Positions 28,801-33,653 of a stretch of 33,653 nt of DNA are shown here, piece by piece (the first letter of the stretch is position 1; every line of letters starts with the position of its first letter). The DNA comes from an uncultured Prevotella sp. GTDB taxonomy: Bacteria > Bacteroidota > Bacteroidia > Bacteroidales > Bacteroidaceae. Where the stretch lies: positions 1-33,653 of the forward strand of contig CAMQBP010000001.1 in the NCBI GenBank assembly GCA_946999025.1, in the 5' to 3' direction. The notes below the pieces were generated by a model that was not told the origin of the DNA, did not search any database, and saw nothing but the letters and a program-made list of their open reading frames with translations. The translations under genes were made by a program, and so were the position numbers.

Positions 28801-29215
28801 TGTGTTCAAGGCATATTACAATGACCTGACTTCAACCCCAAAAGAGTTCAAGAACCGCTGGATGACGGCAGGAGAGGAGAAAACAACAGACATCCCAGCG
28901 ATTGCCACACAACGGCAGAACTGGAACGACACCGACCTGCGTATTGCCTACAACTCCTATAATTTCTCCACGGCGCGTATCGCCAAGGGCGACTTTATCC
29001 GCATGAAAGAGATATCTTTGGGATACGATTTCCCAAAGTCCCTGTACGGTGCTATCGGTTTGAACAACCTTTCCCTGAAGTTGCAGGCTACGAACCTCTT
29101 CTTGATTTATGCTGACAAGAAACTCAACGGACAAGATCCCGAGTTCTTCAATACGGGTGGTGTTGCCGTTCCCGTTCCGAAGCAGTTTACACTTACCTTG
29201 CGATTAGGAATTTAA
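25898..29215 (+). CDS. SusC/RagA family TonB-dependent outer membrane transporter
   Basis: Signal peptide ending ANA-Q; N-terminal extension; EEVVVTG TonB-box region; IRVRG...PLWVVDG; DIESFQILKDGSATSIYGARA..GVIVVTTKKG; DPE near the C-terminus. Confidence 0.95.
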   Translation: MKQKLTILLVNLFLCMGVANAQTLINGTVTSADDGQPVIGASVMIVGTKTGVVTNVEGKFSLTSTKKNPMITVTYIGMKTQTLRGTQNMKIVLQSDAQKVEEVVVTGMQKIDKRLFTGASTKLNAEDAKIDGMADISRSLEGRAAGVSVQNVTGTFGTAPKIRVRGATSIYGSSKPLWVVDGVIMEDVENVSADQLSSGDANTLISSAIAGLNADDIESFQILKDGSATSIYGARAMAGVIVVTTKKGKAGQAHINYSGEYTMRLVPSYAEFNIMNSQDQMAVYQELFLKGYLPYAGTSNASDSGVYGKMYQMLSQYDVRTGQFALENTPKAIAEYLREAEYRNTDWFAQLFSTNIMHNHSVSISSGTDKSQTYASVSAMFDPGWTEQSKVQRYTANVNSSFDILRKVNFSLIANASYRKQRAPGTLSSSVDAVSGEVKRDFDINPYSYALNTSRALDANTFYTRNYAPFNIMHELENNYLDLNVINFRVQGRLTYKPITPVELTVLGAVKYDATSNEHNILDASNQAMAYRAMGTSTIRDKNPFLYRDPENLTALPVTVMPYGGIMERTDNRMFGFDFRATAAYNNVFAEDHIVNLYGGLETNSYDRHKTWFRGWGMQYQMGEIPNYAYQVFKKSKEEGADYYSLRNTHVRSAAFFANATYSWKGRYTLNGTYRYEGTNGLGMSRQARWLPTWNISGAWNAHEEPWFEKLRPALSHLTLKASYSLTADRPSVTNAQAVIGSFTPWRYITRDSESGLYIDDAANPNLTYEKKKEWNFGLEAGFLSNRINFAVDVYSRDNYDLIGLATTAGTDGFVRKYGNIASMESNGLEISLSTTNIKTKNFSWTTSLIYSYVHNEVTDLETSTRVIDLVSGGGFAREGYPVRALFSVPFAGLNGEGLPTFTNWDGTTTVSGIYFQNSKKEQLDFLKYEGPTDPTTTGSLGNIFRYKGLSMNVFITYSFGNVVRLDPVFKAYYNDLTSTPKEFKNRWMTAGEEKTTDIPAIATQRQNWNDTDLRIAYNSYNFSTARIAKGDFIRMKEISLGYDFPKSLYGAIGLNNLSLKLQATNLFLIYADKKLNGQDPEFFNTGGVAVPVPKQFTLTLRLGI

Positions 29216-29229
29216 AAACATTTATCGAT

Positions 29230-30834
29230 ATGAGAACAATGAGATCTATATACCATACATTTATCCTGGCTTTGGGTGTTGCAGCACTCACAGGATGCGA
29301 TAATTTTTTGGACGTGATGCCCGACAACCGTACTATTGTGGACGATGAGGTGAAGGTAAAGGACCTGCTTGTTTCGGCCTATCCTACCCACACCTATCAG
29401 ATTTTCACAGAACTGATGTCTGACAATGTTGACGAGTATCCCAATACCTATACAGACCGATTCGTTGATGAGTTCTATGCTTGGAAAGATCCCACGGAGA
29501 ACAACAATGAGTCGCCCGAGAACTATTGGCAGGATGCCTACAACGCTATTACCACGGCCAACAACGCACTCGATGCTATTGACAAGCTGGGAGGTCCAAC
29601 CACCCCTATGTTGCGTGAGAGCATGGGTGAGGCATTGATGGTTCGAGCATACGGACATTTCATGCTGGTGAACATCTTCTGCAAAAACTACAACGCAGCC
29701 ACGTCCGACAAGGATTTGGGTATCCCACTGATGTATGAAACAGGTTCGCTGATTGGGCAGGTCCCCGATAGGGGAACGGTTGCCGATGTGTACAAGTCGA
29801 TAGATGCGGATATCCAGAAAGCCCTTCCGCTGGTTGGCGACAGTCATCTCAGTGTGCCTAAGTATCATTTTAATGTGGGTGCCGCTTATGCGTTTGCTGC
29901 ACGTTTCTATCTATATTATGAAAAATGGGACAAGGCCATTGAGTATGCCAATAAGTGCTTGGGAGGCAATCCAGCGTCGTTACTAAGAGACTGGGCAAAT
30001 GCGGCTAAGCTGCCCTCTAAATTTGATGTACGTTCACAACATTATGTTTCATCAGAGCTGAATTGCAATCTTTTACTGGCTACGGGATTTTCACATGGCG
30101 GGTTAGCGTACGGACCATACAAAACTTGGAAGAAATACGCGCATGGCACCTATATCTCTACCAATGAACTTGGCGGAGCTCAAAACATCTGGGGTGGCAG
30201 CACGAGGCTCTACGATGCTCCTCACACCTATCCAGGAACAGGCTATAGTTACGTGATTTACTGGCGCGTACCTGCTTTGTTTGAGTACACTGACCCTGTG
30301 GCAGGTATAGGTTACAGCAAGTCTATATTTACTTTGCTCACCACCGACGAGTGTCTGTTGAATCGTGCAGAGGCCTACATTATGACCAAAAAGTTTGACC
30401 AGGCAGCAGCCGATTTGACCCTATGGATGCAGAATGCCACCAAGTCGAAGATGGTGCTCACGCCCAAGAAGATCGAGGAATTCTATAATAAGGCGAAGTA
30501 CAGTTATGATGACAAGGAAAGTCCATTGGCCTCGACCATCAAGAAGCATTTGCACCCTGCGTTCACAATCGATAAAGAAGGCAGCACGCAGGAAGCTATG
30601 TTGCAGTGTGTGCTTGGCTTCCGCCGATTGGAAACCATTCATCAAGGCATCCGTTGGTTCGACATCAAGCGTTACGGTATAGAATATCCGCGCCGCAAGA
30701 TCTCTACGGCAGGAGACCCCGTGGAGAAGACGGATTTCCTTTCTAAGGACGATGAGAGGCGGGCACTCCAGTTGCCATCCAAGGTAATTGATGCAGGTGT
30801 AAAGCCTAATCCGAGAAAAACAACTAAAAAATAA
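29230..30834 (+). CDS. SusD/RagB family lipoprotein
   Basis: Lipobox LTGC-DNFLD.MP; GEALMVRAY.HF.L; LLNRAEA; RRLE...QG.RWFDIKR. Confidence 0.92.
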   Translation: MRTMRSIYHTFILALGVAALTGCDNFLDVMPDNRTIVDDEVKVKDLLVSAYPTHTYQIFTELMSDNVDEYPNTYTDRFVDEFYAWKDPTENNNESPENYWQDAYNAITTANNALDAIDKLGGPTTPMLRESMGEALMVRAYGHFMLVNIFCKNYNAATSDKDLGIPLMYETGSLIGQVPDRGTVADVYKSIDADIQKALPLVGDSHLSVPKYHFNVGAAYAFAARFYLYYEKWDKAIEYANKCLGGNPASLLRDWANAAKLPSKFDVRSQHYVSSELNCNLLLATGFSHGGLAYGPYKTWKKYAHGTYISTNELGGAQNIWGGSTRLYDAPHTYPGTGYSYVIYWRVPALFEYTDPVAGIGYSKSIFTLLTTDECLLNRAEAYIMTKKFDQAAADLTLWMQNATKSKMVLTPKKIEEFYNKAKYSYDDKESPLASTIKKHLHPAFTIDKEGSTQEAMLQCVLGFRRLETIHQGIRWFDIKRYGIEYPRRKISTAGDPVEKTDFLSKDDERRALQLPSKVIDAGVKPNPRKTTKK

Positions 30835-30851
30835 TTTTCAAGAGTATCATT

Positions 30852-31760
30852 ATGAATGTGAAAAAATTATCAATATACAGTCTTGCGTTGCTGCTAAGTG
30901 TGACCGCTTTCACGTCGTGTTCCGAAGATGAACTAAGCGACGAGAGCATCATCACCGTCGACGACGTTGACTACACAGAGTTTGACTATTGGCTGAAAGC
31001 TAATTTTATCAATACCTACAACATTGATTTGAAATATCGCTTTCAAGATATTGAGTCAGACCATGACTACTATTTGATTCCTGCTAACTATGAGCAGTCG
31101 GTGAAGCTGGCTCACGTCATCAAGTACGCCGTGCTTGAAGCCTTTGACGAGGCAGCCGGTATCAACTTCACTCGCAGTAACTTTCCCAAGCAAATTTATC
31201 TGGTTGGGAACTGGGAGTTCAAGAACAACGGCACGTTTGTACTGGGTACTGCCGAGGGAGGCAAGAAGGTTTTCCTGGCAGGCGTGAATCATTTAAACGA
31301 GAACCTTGGAAGTGTGTCTTCGCTGAATCATTATTATCTGAAGACGGTCTACCATGAGTTCACGCATATTCTTAACCAGACAAAAGATTATCCGGCCGAC
31401 TACCAGCTGATCACCTCCACAGGTTATGTGGCAGGCGAGTGGAGTGATCCTCCGTACAATGGAAGTAATTATTGCCTGGAGCATGGCTTCATTTCTTCCT
31501 ATGCGCAGCATTCTCATGGTGAGGACTTTGCCGAAATGGTTTCAATTTATGTAACCAATACCGCCGAGCAGTGGGATGCATTGATGAAAAAGGCAGGCGA
31601 AGAAGGATCTGGACTGATTGCTTCGAAACTCTCCATCGTGAAAGACTATATGGAAAAGGCATGGGGAATCGATATGGATGAGCTGCGAAAGATTGTACTC
31701 AGGCGCGAGGCTGAAGTTGTTGACGGAAAGGTCGACTTGTTGGATTTGACAGTAAAATAA
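30852..31760 (+). CDS. Substrate-import-associated zinc metallohydrolase/peptidase lipoprotein (HExxH)
   Basis: Lipobox FTSC-SEDE; LGTAEGG; HEFTH; GF.S.YA...EDFAE supplying a likely third ligand. Confidence 0.82.
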   Translation: MNVKKLSIYSLALLLSVTAFTSCSEDELSDESIITVDDVDYTEFDYWLKANFINTYNIDLKYRFQDIESDHDYYLIPANYEQSVKLAHVIKYAVLEAFDEAAGINFTRSNFPKQIYLVGNWEFKNNGTFVLGTAEGGKKVFLAGVNHLNENLGSVSSLNHYYLKTVYHEFTHILNQTKDYPADYQLITSTGYVAGEWSDPPYNGSNYCLEHGFISSYAQHSHGEDFAEMVSIYVTNTAEQWDALMKKAGEEGSGLIASKLSIVKDYMEKAWGIDMDELRKIVLRREAEVVDGKVDLLDLTVK

Positions 31761-31775
31761 CGAGAGGAGACTATT

Positions 31776-33110
31776 ATGAAAAAAAATAAATATTTCGCAT
31801 ATCTGCTGTTCCTGCTTCCCGCATTGTTGGCGGTAGTGGCCTGCAATCCTGAACAGGACGAATATTTTGATGTCCCATCATCCAAACGCGTCAACAATTT
31901 GTTGAATTCAACGCGACAAGCACTGATGAAATCGGAGCATGGATGGGTGTTTGAGGTTTATCCAGGGCTCAGGGACAAAGACCAGGAGAATGGTGGCTTT
32001 GTCTACACGGTAAAATTTGACAGCCTGCAGGCAACCATACGGGGCGAGATGAGTGGAGATCCAGCCGTTTCGGAAACATCCTATTACAAAATGACCAGTG
32101 AGGGTGGCCCCGGCATTATCTTTGACACAGGCAACAAATTGTTTCACATCTTGGCCGAAGGAACCAGTGACCGCTATCAGGCCTATGGAGGGGATATTGA
32201 GTACCTGATTGATAGCGTGGGCGTTGATGTTATCAAACTTCATGGCGCACGTTCGGGTAACACTTGCTACTTGCGCCGCCTCACCATGCCGGCCGAGGAA
32301 TATGTTAAGGGCGTGAATGCCGTACAAGCCGATTTCATCTTTGGAACCTATGGTGGCAGTATTGGCGGTAAAAAAGTCGGGGTAGAGTTTGATTTGAATA
32401 ATAACCAATTTTATGTCAATCCGGATACCACGAATAAAGCGTCCGAGGAAATGGAAGTAGCATTTGTTTACACCAACAAGGGTATTCGCTTCTATCATCC
32501 TATCACGGTGAACGGTGTCGAGCTCTCGGAGCTAACGTTCGACTATGACGAGGGCACACTGACGAGTGCGGGAGAGGGTGGAAAGACCTTCACATTGAAA
32601 GGAGTACTTCCGGAAGGTTTCCGCAAGTTCAGTGAATATGAGGGTACCTACAAGTTGGTATACGACGAAACTAAAGAGCTGACAGTCAAACTCACGCCTG
32701 ACAAGGAAAAGGGTTGCTACTACATGACCAATTTCTTTGCTAATTCACCCGACACCCCTGTTGTACTTATTTACAACAAGGCCACTGGTACGCTATTCTG
32801 GAACTCACAACCTATAGGCGAGGAAGGTGGAAACATCGTTTTCATGTGTGCGTGGGCATTGGATGGTGGTGGAACTCTGACATGGAACACCGACGCTGGC
32901 ATGAAGACATCATGGAATGGTGACGAGGCGCATCCTGTCTATAAATGGGTGAGCAATGGGTTGACGGAATATGTCATCGACTCGTACATCATGTGGACAT
33001 TGAAGCCGACAGGCGGAAGTGCAGGCAAATACAAAGGCTCCAAGTATCTTGTAGGGACAACGAGAAAGAGTCATCAAATCCCGTATGTAACAAAAATGAT
33101 TAAACAGTAA
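31776..33110 (+). CDS. DUF4302-like surface lipoprotein
   Basis: Lipobox VVAC; F...S.R, HGW...YP, GGF, FDT.N..FH, GGD.EY pattern; position after the HExxH lipoprotein. Confidence 0.7.
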   Translation: MKKNKYFAYLLFLLPALLAVVACNPEQDEYFDVPSSKRVNNLLNSTRQALMKSEHGWVFEVYPGLRDKDQENGGFVYTVKFDSLQATIRGEMSGDPAVSETSYYKMTSEGGPGIIFDTGNKLFHILAEGTSDRYQAYGGDIEYLIDSVGVDVIKLHGARSGNTCYLRRLTMPAEEYVKGVNAVQADFIFGTYGGSIGGKKVGVEFDLNNNQFYVNPDTTNKASEEMEVAFVYTNKGIRFYHPITVNGVELSELTFDYDEGTLTSAGEGGKTFTLKGVLPEGFRKFSEYEGTYKLVYDETKELTVKLTPDKEKGCYYMTNFFANSPDTPVVLIYNKATGTLFWNSQPIGEEGGNIVFMCAWALDGGGTLTWNTDAGMKTSWNGDEAHPVYKWVSNGLTEYVIDSYIMWTLKPTGGSAGKYKGSKYLVGTTRKSHQIPYVTKMIKQ

Positions 33111-33122
33111 AGGAGAAAACGT

Positions 33123-33653
33123 ATGAAAAGAATATATGGAATATTAGGAATCTGCTTTCTTCTTATAGGCTTCGTGGCCTGTAGCAGGGACGAAGTGGAC
33201 AACCCTTATGCAAAGGAATCTACCATTAGGGTAGACAGTTGCTCAGTGTTGTTCCAGGCTGCTCCGTCCACGGGGCATGTCAAGGTAGTAGCTCCAAATG
33301 GAATCTCAAAAGTAGAGTCGGAGCACCCATGGTGTACAGCAACTGTCAGTGGTGATGTGGTGACCGTCAAGGTGGAGGAAAACGCTGGAGCCTTAGGTCG
33401 ATCATCGGTATTGAAGATTTATTCGGGTGACGATTTTACAAAGGTAACCGTGCAGCAGACTGGCATCATCTTCGCCATGGAGGGAGGCAATGCCATGGCT
33501 TTCAATGATGCTAAACGCTCATTCAGCCTCGGACTGAAACATAATGTGGACGTTAAGCTCACCAGTATGGCAGATTGGATTACCTGTTCGTTGAAAGACG
33601 GAGAGATGTCCATAGATCTCACGAAGAACGACACAGGACACTTGCGGCAGGGC
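33123..33653 (+). CDS. Lipoprotein with tandem BACON-like domains (3' end outside window)
   Basis: Hand translation from ATG 33123: MKRIYGILGICFLLIGFVAC SRDE...HPWCTATVSGDVVTVKVEEN...GRSS...VTVQQ, then a second repeat DWIT...KNDTGHLR; open to the window end. Confidence 0.78.
   Translation, partial: MKRIYGILGICFLLIGFVACSRDEVDNPYAKESTIRVDSCSVLFQAAPSTGHVKVVAPNGISKVESEHPWCTATVSGDVVTVKVEENAGALGRSSVLKIYSGDDFTKVTVQQTGIIFAMEGGNAMAFNDAKRSFSLGLKHNVDVKLTSMADWITCSLKDGEMSIDLTKNDTGHLRQG

Overview
Chromosomal segment of a Bacteroidota bacterium, most likely Prevotellaceae (TAnnTTTG -7 promoters, a SusC/SusD locus, a T9SS-type C-terminal tail). It holds 25 CDSs: a divergent pair of TrkA-C/RCK_C transporters, a secreted endonuclease I, a DUF4251-like lipoprotein, a GH25 muramidase, a minus-strand housekeeping run (DUF1599-DoxX-tpiA-SPOR-folE-xth), a CCA-adding enzyme, an RND tripartite efflux operon followed by a divergent LpxA paralogue, a ThiD-like/AraC fusion coupled to pdxS-pdxT, and a SusC-SusD-HExxH-DUF4302-BACON locus cut by the window end. 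I found no rRNA, tRNA, CRISPR array, transposase or integrase. Three things stand out. (1) The three long intergenic regions each carry a diverged copy of one composite non-coding element: a TTTTCTTGACAA-like box, an inverted repeat CGTATT-N26-AATACG with identical spacing in all copies, and an array of 22-bp-period units with a palindromic AAAAGCAnTGCTTTT-like core. (2) The ThiD-AraC fusion keeps its substrate-side motifs but has lost its ATP/catalytic motifs, suggesting a vitamin B6/HMP-sensing pseudokinase regulator. (3) The LpxA paralogue keeps the catalytic His but has lost the UDP-GlcNAc-binding residues. All family assignments come from motif recognition by eye, not database searches.
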